Source of the DNA: a virus
Virus record (IMG/VR): IMGVR_UViG_2928929829_000001
Coordinates: 16-64,015 of that record
Direction: 5' to 3' (one strand)
DNA: 64,000 nt
How positions within the stretch are numbered: position 1 is the stretch's first letter; the number at the start of each line of letters is the position of its first letter. A program made the position numbers and the translations under genes. Below are positions 55,728 through 63,267 of this stretch, one piece after another. The notes under the pieces are model-generated. The model ran no database searches. It saw nothing but the letters and a program-made list of their open reading frames with translations, and was not told the DNA's origin.

Positions 55728-55928
55728 TGGGAGCGACAGGAATCGAACCTGTACGAATTATAATTGATGTTAGTCAGCACTCCGAAGAGGATATTAGTTA
55801 TTATTTTCATCAATTTTTTTGGATTAACCTATCTTTCCAGCTATTTACCTGACTTGTCTTACAGATAGACTCCTTGCTTAATCCATTCTCGCCCTATAAG
55901 CTAGCGTCTACTATTCCGCCACACTCCC
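55728..55928 (-). ncRNA. 201-nt tRNA-like RNA (Leu-type ends, expanded anticodon domain)
   Basis: GGGAGTG/CGCTCCC acceptor plus discriminator A, GCG/CGC D arm, ACAGG-TTCGATT-CCTGT T arm; ~150-nt internally paired insert instead of an anticodon arm. Confidence 0.75.
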
Positions 55929-55937
55929 AATAATTTT

Positions 55938-56252
55938 TTATGAACGTATTTCTGCAACTAGTCTATCAAAGAATTGAGAAGCCGTTTCTACAATCACCTC
56001 ATCGCCATTTACGAATCTCCCGAAATTTTGAAAGAAGCAGTAATGATCAAACTCACAATCATCATCACCTTGTGGAAAATGGAATCTCAATACTTCAATA
56101 AGACTTCTAATAAGCAAACTATTATCGATTGGATTTACCTCAGATTTAAATACCTCAGAAAGGATAGAAGCCGTGTGTTTGTCCTTTTGGACCTGCAAGC
56201 GGATTGATTCTATAATCGAAATAAATAACCCCTTAGATATCATAATTTGCAT
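55938..56252 (-). CDS. Hypothetical protein
   Basis: 104 aa, first gene after promoter site 6. Confidence 0.65.
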   Translation of the reverse strand: MQIMISKGLFISIIESIRLQVQKDKHTASILSEVFKSEVNPIDNSLLIRSLIEVLRFHFPQGDDDCEFDHYCFFQNFGRFVNGDEVIVETASQFFDRLVAEIRS

Positions 56253-56265
56253 ATTAGCATGAATC

Positions 56266-56309
56266 CAAAGATAATGAAATTTATATATCCGATATGTAAA
56301 TTGATATAT
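56266..56309 (-). promoter_or_regulatory. Promoter with tripartite operator, site 6 (inverted)
   Basis: CAAAGATA at 56266-56273; ATATATC-C-GATATGT-AAATT-GATATAT at 56283-56309. Confidence 0.75.
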
Positions 56310-56351
56310 TTATTTTCAATAAAACTATTTTGAAAGAAAGCTGCTAAACGC

Positions 56352-56383
56352 AAAAAACCCCAAGAGCAAATGTCTTAGGGTTT
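56352..56383 (-). terminator. Intrinsic terminator after the HNH gene
   Basis: AAAAAACCC..AAG...CTT.GGGTTT hairpin with a U tract on the minus strand. Confidence 0.6.
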
Positions 56384-56402
56384 AAATATGATTTGGTAAA
56401 TG

Positions 56403-57032
56403 TTATTTTATTATTTCGTGTCTCCCGCGTCCATTGCAAGAAAAACATATTCCTTTTTCAACATGTTTAAATTCAGGTAATATTCCCGAACCACCACACC
56501 TTGAACAATCGTAGCTATTGTAAAGAAACTCTTTACTACCTCTTGATCGATATACGGGTATCTTTTCTTCTTCATGAGTCTTTGTATGACAACTCTTACA
56601 GAGTGTCGTTAATTCCTCATCTAAATACTCCCACGGTAAACAGTCTTGATAGTATAGTTTATGATGAACTTCTAATTTTATACGCTCTCCTATAGGTCTT
56701 GCAAATTTTATTATTCTCCAAAAAAGCATCCTAAGTTCTAAACTTCTGCCACTTAGATTTAAAGCAACAATATTCTCTAACTGTAATCTTTTCTTTTCAA
56801 GATGCATTATCTTCCATTCTGCATCCGTCATCTCTAAATAATAACTTTCGAAACACTGATAATTTGCATAAACACCACATTTTTGGCAAGTCATTTTATC
56901 ATTATCAATTACCTTGCTTCTCCTTCTACGCCATTCTTTAGTTAATAATAAAGTGCCATAAGGAATATGCTGCCCTTTATTATAATCCAACAACACTTGG
57001 TAATCAGTAAATCCAGAAAAGGAGTCGTTCAT
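56403..57032 (-). CDS. HNH endonuclease with C-terminal CxxCxGxG zinc finger (moron)
   Basis: 'CQKCG', 'LEVHHKLY', 'TLCKSCHTKTH', then 'CSRCGGSG' and 'CFSCNGRG'; own TAGATTTG box at 57052-57059. Confidence 0.8.
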   Translation of the reverse strand: MNDSFSGFTDYQVLLDYNKGQHIPYGTLLLTKEWRRRRSKVIDNDKMTCQKCGVYANYQCFESYYLEMTDAEWKIMHLEKKRLQLENIVALNLSGRSLELRMLFWRIIKFARPIGERIKLEVHHKLYYQDCLPWEYLDEELTTLCKSCHTKTHEEEKIPVYRSRGSKEFLYNSYDCSRCGGSGILPEFKHVEKGICFSCNGRGRHEIIK

Positions 57033-57103
57033 ATTTAGAAAGTATTTATTTCAAATCTAACTAAAATATTATTCAAGTTGCATTTTTATTACAATACCGC
57101 GCT

Positions 57104-57739
57104 TTATTTTAGTTTCCCAAGTTTAGTTAAAAGATTCGTTATTTCTGGAATTACAGTACCTGGATACTTACTATATGCGGGATGCCAAACACAAAGACAC
57201 AAAGTTTTTTTTCCGTTACTTGCAAAGTCGATATTTACAAAATTACATTCGCCATCTACCTTGACTTTACTTACACTAAAATGCTTTTCAAAGTGATGAG
57301 CAGTTCCTCCGAAAATTACTAAATCAGGTTTTAAACTATTTATTTGTCTTATTATTTCTATGCTATTACTTTCAAATGCAATCTCAATCTCATCCTCTAC
57401 ACTTTTGGTACAACCTGGATTTTTCTTGACATTTACAATTGCAACGCGACTAATTAATTCTCTACTATATGGAACATTCCATATAGCACTTAATGTTTTA
57501 CATATATTAAAATAAGTAGGAATATCTAATCGAACATCAGTAACCCATTTTTCAACAACTTCCCTTATGTGCCAATTCCCTAATATTGATCTATCATCTC
57601 CCTCTTCGTAAGGTTCCTTCAGTACAAATAGAATTTTTTGTTTCTCTCCATCATATTTGCGTCCATCTACTGCGCCATCCGAAACAACACCCTTCTCCTT
57701 TGGAGAATCACAACAATGTTCATCTTGATTAATTATCAT
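57104..57739 (-). CDS. Uracil-DNA-glycosylase-superfamily protein (moron)
   Basis: Motif A-like 'ILFVLKEPY', 'AIVNVKK', 'QINSLKPDLVIFGG', motif B-like 'WHPAY'. Confidence 0.7.
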   Translation of the reverse strand: MIINQDEHCCDSPKEKGVVSDGAVDGRKYDGEKQKILFVLKEPYEEGDDRSILGNWHIREVVEKWVTDVRLDIPTYFNICKTLSAIWNVPYSRELISRVAIVNVKKNPGCTKSVEDEIEIAFESNSIEIIRQINSLKPDLVIFGGTAHHFEKHFSVSKVKVDGECNFVNIDFASNGKKTLCLCVWHPAYSKYPGTVIPEITNLLTKLGKLK

Positions 57740-58147
57740 GTTTTATTTAATGTATAGTTATATCTAGACAATATATTAAAAATAAAACATTTTAACAATT
57801 TAATTTTAAATTATGACAATATGGTTGAGAGGGTATACTATGTTTGAGAGTTTGGTCCCACAAAAGAAAATGGAAATATAAAAGGGTATGGGGTGCCTTT
57901 ATGAGTGATGTCTGAAAACATTTTACCTTTTTTGTACGCGCTCGTTTCTGCTGATTTTTAAAGGAACTAATTTTAATACTGCTTAAATCTGGCTACTCAT
58001 TTTAGAATAAACCTACTCACATAAAGGAAACTGATCTTTTAAACACCGTTCTAATCTCTAAAGGATTCGAACCAATACAACTACATCGCATATAATCAAT
58101 TGATTACAGTTTAAACCAACTGCATTATCCCGACCATATCCCTACGC

Positions 58148-58303
58148 CTACAAATTATTGCGCTTCTTCCAGTACTCTATCAAGTCGTTAAGTTCCTGAA
58201 TAGCTGCACTATGTTTAGTTGGTATTCTGTTTTCCCTTAACTGTGCATCACTGTATCCTAGTGTCTTTGAAAGTTCTTTCTTGTTGATCATCTTGTTAAT
58301 CAT
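58148..58303 (-). CDS. Small DNA-binding protein (HTH-like)
   Basis: MINKMINKKELSKTLGYSDAQLRENRIPTKH...; TATCTTTG box at 58369-58376; start at 58303 or 58291. Confidence 0.5.
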   Translation of the reverse strand: MINKMINKKELSKTLGYSDAQLRENRIPTKHSAAIQELNDLIEYWKKRNNL

Positions 58304-58640
58304 AAAAGCCAATATATTGGTTAAAACTCTGGGGAAAACAGCCAATATTTTGGCTTTTCATCTTCTGACAAAGATATACTTTTATTCAAATGGATATACA
58401 CGTGTGTTCGTGTTTGTCATTTCTCAAATTTTCATTGCACTAGTAACAAAACAACTCCTAATGTATCAAACAAACAAAACCAACTCAACAGCAATACAAA
58501 CTAAAATACCGCAAATACAATAGATTATAGCGACTTTACACGTGTTATACATAAACTTATATATTAAGGTGTATTTTAAAGCCTTAGAATCACTAACAAT
58601 CAATTTTACTTATAGCTTTTAGAATAACGATAGAAAAATA

Positions 58641-58695
58641 TTATATCAATAAATATATCCGATATGCTTTTGTTTAAATATTAATTGTACTTTTG
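58641..58695 (+). promoter_or_regulatory. Early-region promoter with tripartite operator, site 7
   Basis: TTATATC-AATAA-ATATATC-C-GATATGC at 58641-58667; TTTG at 58669-58672; TACTTTTG at 58688-58695. Confidence 0.7.
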
Positions 58696-58811
58696 TACAA
58701 CAAGAAACAAACAACGGTTTACGCCGTGTGCGCTTCGCGCCTCTTTGCCTTTGCTTGTATCTTCTCTCTCTTCTTACTTAGTAAGGTCTTTAAAAGATAA
58801 CGGAGCGAATC

Positions 58812-58874
58812 GGTTAAAATACTCGGGCAGGTTTATTTTAATCAAGGAATTTAAAAACAATACAAACCCTTTAA
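58812..58874 (+). promoter_or_regulatory. GGGCAGG-loop hairpin plus AAACCCTTTAA box, copy 1
   Basis: GGTTAAAATA-CTCGGGCAGGTT-TATTTTAATC; box at 58864-58874. Confidence 0.7.
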
Positions 58875-58884
58875 TCTTATAATT

Positions 58885-59367
58885 ATGTACTTTATCAATT
58901 GCACTACACTAGACGAAGCTAAAAACCTTTTCAAAAAATTGTGTTTCGAATTACACCCTGACACTAGCGGTTATTACTCAGAACCTGATTTTATTAAAAT
59001 GTTTAAAGAGTTTAAGAATTTCAAACCATCAACAGGCGAAACCGAAGACTTCAACGCTGAGAAATTCTACGACATCATTAAAATGTTTGAGGGATTAGAA
59101 GACATTAATATCTCATTCGTTGGCTCCTTTATTTGGCTGACAGATTTAACTCCTGGTGCAATGTATACGCAAAAGGATTTGATCAAAGGAATCACAATTG
59201 AAAACTACAATACCCCACGATGGGCAAGATTAAAAAAGTCTTGGTACTTCTCCCCTGCTGACTATGTAAAGAAAAACGGCAAGCAAAGAGATTTAGAGGA
59301 CATAAAGAGTTACTACGGAAGCAAGGACTTTCAAACGAAAGGATCGTTTAAACTAGCAATGTCGTAA
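58885..59367 (+). CDS. J-domain protein
   Basis: 'EAKNLFKKLCFELHPD..G....FIKMFKEF' HPD motif; C-terminal 'GSFIWL...KKSWYF' domain. Confidence 0.8.
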   Translation: MYFINCTTLDEAKNLFKKLCFELHPDTSGYYSEPDFIKMFKEFKNFKPSTGETEDFNAEKFYDIIKMFEGLEDINISFVGSFIWLTDLTPGAMYTQKDLIKGITIENYNTPRWARLKKSWYFSPADYVKKNGKQRDLEDIKSYYGSKDFQTKGSFKLAMS

Positions 59368-59372
59368 TTAAT

Positions 59373-59419
59373 CCCCCGAGGTAGGGCAGGCTCTCGGGGG
59401 AACTCTTAAACCCTTTAAA
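59373..59419 (+). promoter_or_regulatory. GGGCAGG-loop hairpin plus box, copy 2
   Basis: CCCCCGAG-GTAGGGCAGGCT-CTCGGGGG; AAACCCTTTAAA at 59408-59419. Confidence 0.75.
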
Positions 59420-59428
59420 TATATCTTA

Positions 59429-59683
59429 ATGAATATCTATACAAATGATTGCTTTGAAACTATTCACGGAGCAAAACAGAATCTTTTGAACTACCTCGAA
59501 TTACTATTTGCTAATTCAAGCGAACAGGAAGAAAAAGAAGCACTAACGGAAAGCATCGAAACAATAAATTATCAATCCCAATCTTACGGAGAAAATCAAG
59601 TCTTAGAAATTAAAATAAGCCCTATAGATGGCGCCTACTATATCACTGGCTTATCAGATTTCCAAAACTTGCCAATAAACTAA
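59429..59683 (+). CDS. Hypothetical protein (acidic)
   Basis: 84-aa ORF. Confidence 0.65.
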   Translation: MNIYTNDCFETIHGAKQNLLNYLELLFANSSEQEEKEALTESIETINYQSQSYGENQVLEIKISPIDGAYYITGLSDFQNLPIN

Positions 59684-59686
59684 ACT

Positions 59687-60037
59687 ATGAGAACACTTGA
59701 AGAATTACATGTATTAATAGACAAGTTGCAGTTGTTGGCTGACAAGAAGTCAAAGGAGTTAATTATTTTAGATCACGAAGATAAGTGCCCTATAACTCAT
59801 TCAAGAGGGGATAAATACTACAAATGTTTGGGAGCTATTCAAAACATTATGAGAGAAAAAGGAAAATATAGTTGGGCTTGTGCTGAATTAAAGGAAAATA
59901 TCAAAAAAAATAAGCATTATGTTATGTCTCAACGTGAAAAATCTAGACTTGCAGAATTAAGAGTTACATCTACTACTTACGAAAGAGCAATGAATAGAAT
60001 CAGCAAAGAAGTAGCCTTAAGGTTTAACATAAAATAA
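59687..60037 (+). CDS. Hypothetical protein (basic)
   Basis: 116-aa ORF. Confidence 0.65.
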   Translation: MRTLEELHVLIDKLQLLADKKSKELIILDHEDKCPITHSRGDKYYKCLGAIQNIMREKGKYSWACAELKENIKKNKHYVMSQREKSRLAELRVTSTTYERAMNRISKEVALRFNIK

Positions 60038-60068
60038 AAACAAAGTCCCTAGCTTAAAATAAAATATC

Positions 60069-60323
60069 ATGAAAAAAGCACTATTAGTTATCGCATTTGG
60101 ATTTTCAACCTTTACCGCAAAATCTCAAAACATTATCGTAAATCTTGACAACAAACCAGATAAGGAAAAGTCACAAGATAAGCAAGCCGGCACAGTTATA
60201 AAAAACAAACAAGAGAGAGTTTTGTATGTTTCTAAGAATGGTAAATACTACTACTACCAAACTAGCAAAACAACTGGCAAAGAATACAAAGTGTATTTAA
60301 AGCCTGAACAAATTAAAAAGTAA
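60069..60323 (+). CDS. Small secreted protein with PBCV basic-adaptor-like C-terminus
   Basis: Signal peptide 'MKKALLVIAFGFSTFTAKSQ'; 'VLYVSKNGKYYYYQTSKTTGKEYKVYL'. Confidence 0.65.
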   Translation: MKKALLVIAFGFSTFTAKSQNIIVNLDNKPDKEKSQDKQAGTVIKNKQERVLYVSKNGKYYYYQTSKTTGKEYKVYLKPEQIKK

Positions 60324-60345
60324 ACTAGATCTCACATTAAAACCA

Positions 60346-60377
60346 TACTCGGGCAGGAGTAACTAAAACCCTTTAAA
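60346..60377 (+). promoter_or_regulatory. GGGCAGG hairpin plus box, copy 3
   Basis: TACTC-GGGCAG-GAGTA; AAACCCTTTAAA at 60366-60377, ATG at 60379. Confidence 0.7.
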
Positions 60378-60378
60378 T

Positions 60379-60735
60379 ATGAAAGCATCAAACAGTTTCA
60401 AAGAAACAATAAAAAATCATTTAGAAATAGTTGCTAAAAATGACAAGCTATTTGCTGTAACCTACGCAAAAGAAAACAAAAACATAGATGATTGTATTAC
60501 ATACATTTTAAATAAAGTAAAATCTTCGGGTTGCAATGGTTTTGCCGATGATGAGATTTTTGGAATGGCAATTCATTACTACGATGAAGATGATATTAAA
60601 GTCGGAAAAGCTATTAATGCTAAAGTAGTTGTTAATCATTCGCAACCTAAAAAAGTTAAGAAACAAACTGAATCTGTAAAAGTTGCCAAAGTCAAACAAA
60701 GCAACCCATCATTAAACCAAATGGAACTTTTTTAA
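60379..60735 (+). CDS. PcfK-like protein (family includes AcrIIA9)
   Basis: 'FKETIKNHLE..AKNDKLFA..YAKENKNIDDCITYILNKVKSSGCNGFADDEIFGMAIHYYDEDDI'. Confidence 0.88.
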   Translation: MKASNSFKETIKNHLEIVAKNDKLFAVTYAKENKNIDDCITYILNKVKSSGCNGFADDEIFGMAIHYYDEDDIKVGKAINAKVVVNHSQPKKVKKQTESVKVAKVKQSNPSLNQMELF

Positions 60736-60744
60736 TTGTAGAAT

Positions 60745-62046
60745 ATGAAGCCGAAAACTAAAATTCAAAAAGTAGTCTGCGGATTTGCGGACACTTTACC
60801 CAAACTAACCAATGATCAATTTGAATATGCTTGTTCTAAATTCTTTGAGAAAATGTGTTATAGAACAAAGAACACAGCTTTTTGTTTGGAATGTGGTAGC
60901 GACATTGATGTAAATAAAATTCACCGAAATAAAGTAGAATGTACAAAGTGTAATTCTACTTTAAAAGTAACTACAACTAAAAAAAGAAGTTACGACAGCC
61001 CATTCTTCTATTTTGCTATAGCTGATCTAATAAGTAATGATCAATACGACTTTCAGGTTGTGAGAATTTTCGAATTCCGTAAGTATCATAAAAAAGGAAT
61101 AGAAGCTAATGTATATGGTAGCGAGGTTTGCCAGAACTGGTATAATGTAGATGGAAAGAGAGTTATAAATTCCTGTTTAATTACGAGTTTTGGAAATTTT
61201 CAAGGAGATATAGAAATCAGAACTGAAAGTTATTGGAAATCTTACGAAGTATCTCCTGATTTATACTGTAAAACATCGAAATTCCGACCAGAATACAAAC
61301 GTTTAGGCATTGATCATAATTTAAAACATTTAACCTTAATCCCTCTAGTTAACAAAATAAGATGTTGTACTAAAACAGAAACACTGATAAAAGCAGGTTA
61401 CTGTGGCGCTGTAAATAAATGCACTGATAACAACTTAAACAAATTCTGGCCAACCCTGAAGATTTGCCTTAGAAATCAATATAAAATAAAAGATTCATCG
61501 ATGTATATTGATTATTTGAATCTTCTAGAGTACTTCAAAAAAGATTTACGGAACTCAAAGTTTGTCTGCCCTAAAAACTTAAAGAAGGAGCATGATCTTT
61601 TGATGAATAAAAAAAGAAAAATACTTCAGAAAGCCGAACAAGAAAGGGAAAAGGTTAGAAGTGAAGCCAGGAGAGTAAAAATTGAGAAAAACCAAATTGA
61701 ATATACCCGAAACAAAGGCGTTTTCTTCGGTGTTGCTTTTTCTAAAAATGATATCGAAATCAAAGTTCTTGAATCAGTACAAGAATTTAAAGAGGAAGGG
61801 GATATCCATAATCATTGCGTTTTTACTAATGAATATTATAATAAAGAGGATTCATTGGTTCTTTCTGCTAAAGTAAAAAGCAAGCCCGTAGAAACAGTTG
61901 AAATTTCATTATCTAAAATGAAAATAATACAATCTAGAGGTTTAGGAAATGAAGCTTCCAAGCATAATAAAGAGATTGTCTCTTTAGTTAAAAAAAACCT
62001 ACATATCATCAAGCAACGTTATAGTCAACTTCAAAAAACAGTTTAA
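60745..62046 (+). CDS. PcfJ-like protein
   Basis: 'CLECG', 'DYLNLLEYFKKDL', 'CPKNLKKEHD', 'EEGDIHNHCV', 'ETVEISL...IIQSRG'; follows PcfK as usual. Confidence 0.88.
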   Translation: MKPKTKIQKVVCGFADTLPKLTNDQFEYACSKFFEKMCYRTKNTAFCLECGSDIDVNKIHRNKVECTKCNSTLKVTTTKKRSYDSPFFYFAIADLISNDQYDFQVVRIFEFRKYHKKGIEANVYGSEVCQNWYNVDGKRVINSCLITSFGNFQGDIEIRTESYWKSYEVSPDLYCKTSKFRPEYKRLGIDHNLKHLTLIPLVNKIRCCTKTETLIKAGYCGAVNKCTDNNLNKFWPTLKICLRNQYKIKDSSMYIDYLNLLEYFKKDLRNSKFVCPKNLKKEHDLLMNKKRKILQKAEQEREKVRSEARRVKIEKNQIEYTRNKGVFFGVAFSKNDIEIKVLESVQEFKEEGDIHNHCVFTNEYYNKEDSLVLSAKVKSKPVETVEISLSKMKIIQSRGLGNEASKHNKEIVSLVKKNLHIIKQRYSQLQKTV

Positions 62047-62061
62047 AGCTATGAACTTTAA

Positions 62062-62125
62062 ACACCTGCATAGCAGATAGGCAGATTTGCGGTGTGTTAG
62101 TAAACAACAAGTAAAACCCTTTAAA
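62062..62125 (+). promoter_or_regulatory. Degenerate hairpin (AGGCAG loop) plus box, copy 4
   Basis: ACACC-T-GCA...TAGGCAGATT...TGC-GGTGT; AAACCCTTTAAA at 62114-62125. Confidence 0.5.
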
Positions 62126-62134
62126 ATTTATATC

Positions 62135-63022
62135 ATGACAAATTACCTATTAGGACAGTATTTACAAGATTGTATAACAGCTCACAATTGGACTTCTTTC
62201 AGTCCAGAAAAACGTGGCAGATCGTTAGTAATCGAATTCAGCGAAATGCTAAAAGAAGACTTGGAAAAACTCGGAGACCATCAAGGAAACTATAAAGAAA
62301 AATTTATTACTAAGTTCCGTGACTGGGTTAGATCTAAAAGTAATTGCGCATCCAGCATGATAACTGGAGGATCCAATTTTAATGTTAGGCGTGCACAAAA
62401 AGCAAACGCTACAGAACAAAACAAGTACGAATCTTTCATGACCTGGAGAGCAAAGTATTTCGAAGCAGTCAACCGAGTACCTACAAAAAGCCCCGAAGAA
62501 GAAATTACTTTGGCAGATCGCAAACTTGAGGAACTAACCAACTTACAAATCGAGTACAAAGAGATTAATGTTTTAATCAAAAAATCAAAGCTCAAGGAAA
62601 GAAACGAGATTATTGAATTACTTCTAAAAGAAGGTTACTCAAAAGAAGCGATTACAGCACTTAATGAAGTCAAGAAGTATAACGGAGTAGATTATGTAAT
62701 TGAGTCTTACAAAGTCCCTACATACACTCTTACAAACAATAATGCAAAGATTAAAGCAGCAGCACAAAAAGTAATCATAATGCAAAACCGTATTACTAGA
62801 AAAGAATCTTGGGAAGATATCCTTTTCGACGATGGCCGAGTAACAATTGAAGATGACAGGGTAAAAATTATCCACGACAACAAACCTAATCCCGAGATCA
62901 TACAGGAACTTAAAAAGAACGGTTTCCGCTGGTCCCCTTTCTGGAAGTGCTGGTGTCGTAAACATACTGGTAACGCTATTGCGGTGACTAAAGGTTTAAG
63001 TTTTATTGTACAAACAACCTAA
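62135..63022 (+). CDS. Polyvalent-protein-associated (DUF3560-like) protein
   Basis: 'CASSMITGGSNFN' and C-terminal 'DDRVKIIHDNKPNPEIIQELKKNGFRWSP..KCWCR'; start re-assigned to 62135. Confidence 0.6.
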   Translation: MTNYLLGQYLQDCITAHNWTSFSPEKRGRSLVIEFSEMLKEDLEKLGDHQGNYKEKFITKFRDWVRSKSNCASSMITGGSNFNVRRAQKANATEQNKYESFMTWRAKYFEAVNRVPTKSPEEEITLADRKLEELTNLQIEYKEINVLIKKSKLKERNEIIELLLKEGYSKEAITALNEVKKYNGVDYVIESYKVPTYTLTNNNAKIKAAAQKVIIMQNRITRKESWEDILFDDGRVTIEDDRVKIIHDNKPNPEIIQELKKNGFRWSPFWKCWCRKHTGNAIAVTKGLSFIVQTT

Positions 63023-63086
63023 TCCAGATACGGAATTCCGTATCTCAGAAAAACAAATATTTACTAAATTTCAATAAATTAAATCT

Positions 63087-63260
63087 ATGTACGATTCATT
63101 AACAACCCTAATCGAAATTCTAGACATATCAAAGAAAAGCACAAGCTATTCAATGAGTAATGGACATTTTACTATTAAAATAGAAAATGAGGTTTACATG
63201 TACCCCTATGACCAAACAGGAATATCCAAAGCTATCAAAGTAATTGAAGACAAACTATAA
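63087..63260 (+). CDS. Hypothetical protein (57 aa, below ORF-track cutoff)
   Basis: MYDSLTTLIEILDISKKSTSYSMSNGHFTIKIENEVYMYPYDQTGISKAIKVIEDKL fills the gap between genes. Confidence 0.6.
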   Translation: MYDSLTTLIEILDISKKSTSYSMSNGHFTIKIENEVYMYPYDQTGISKAIKVIEDKL

Positions 63261-63267
63261 AAAAGAA

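Noticed and set aside
55760-55905. Group I intron in a tRNA-Leu
   Set aside because: The insert is short, shows no recognisable P/Q/R/S core, and no anticodon loop can be rebuilt by removing it.
363-62965. Numerous 60-170 aa antisense or shadow ORFs in the ORF track (e.g. 905-1150, 7228-7734, 21424-21885, 41132-41533, 49749-50099)
   Set aside because: They lie opposite well-supported genes and have F/S/L/I-rich shadow composition.
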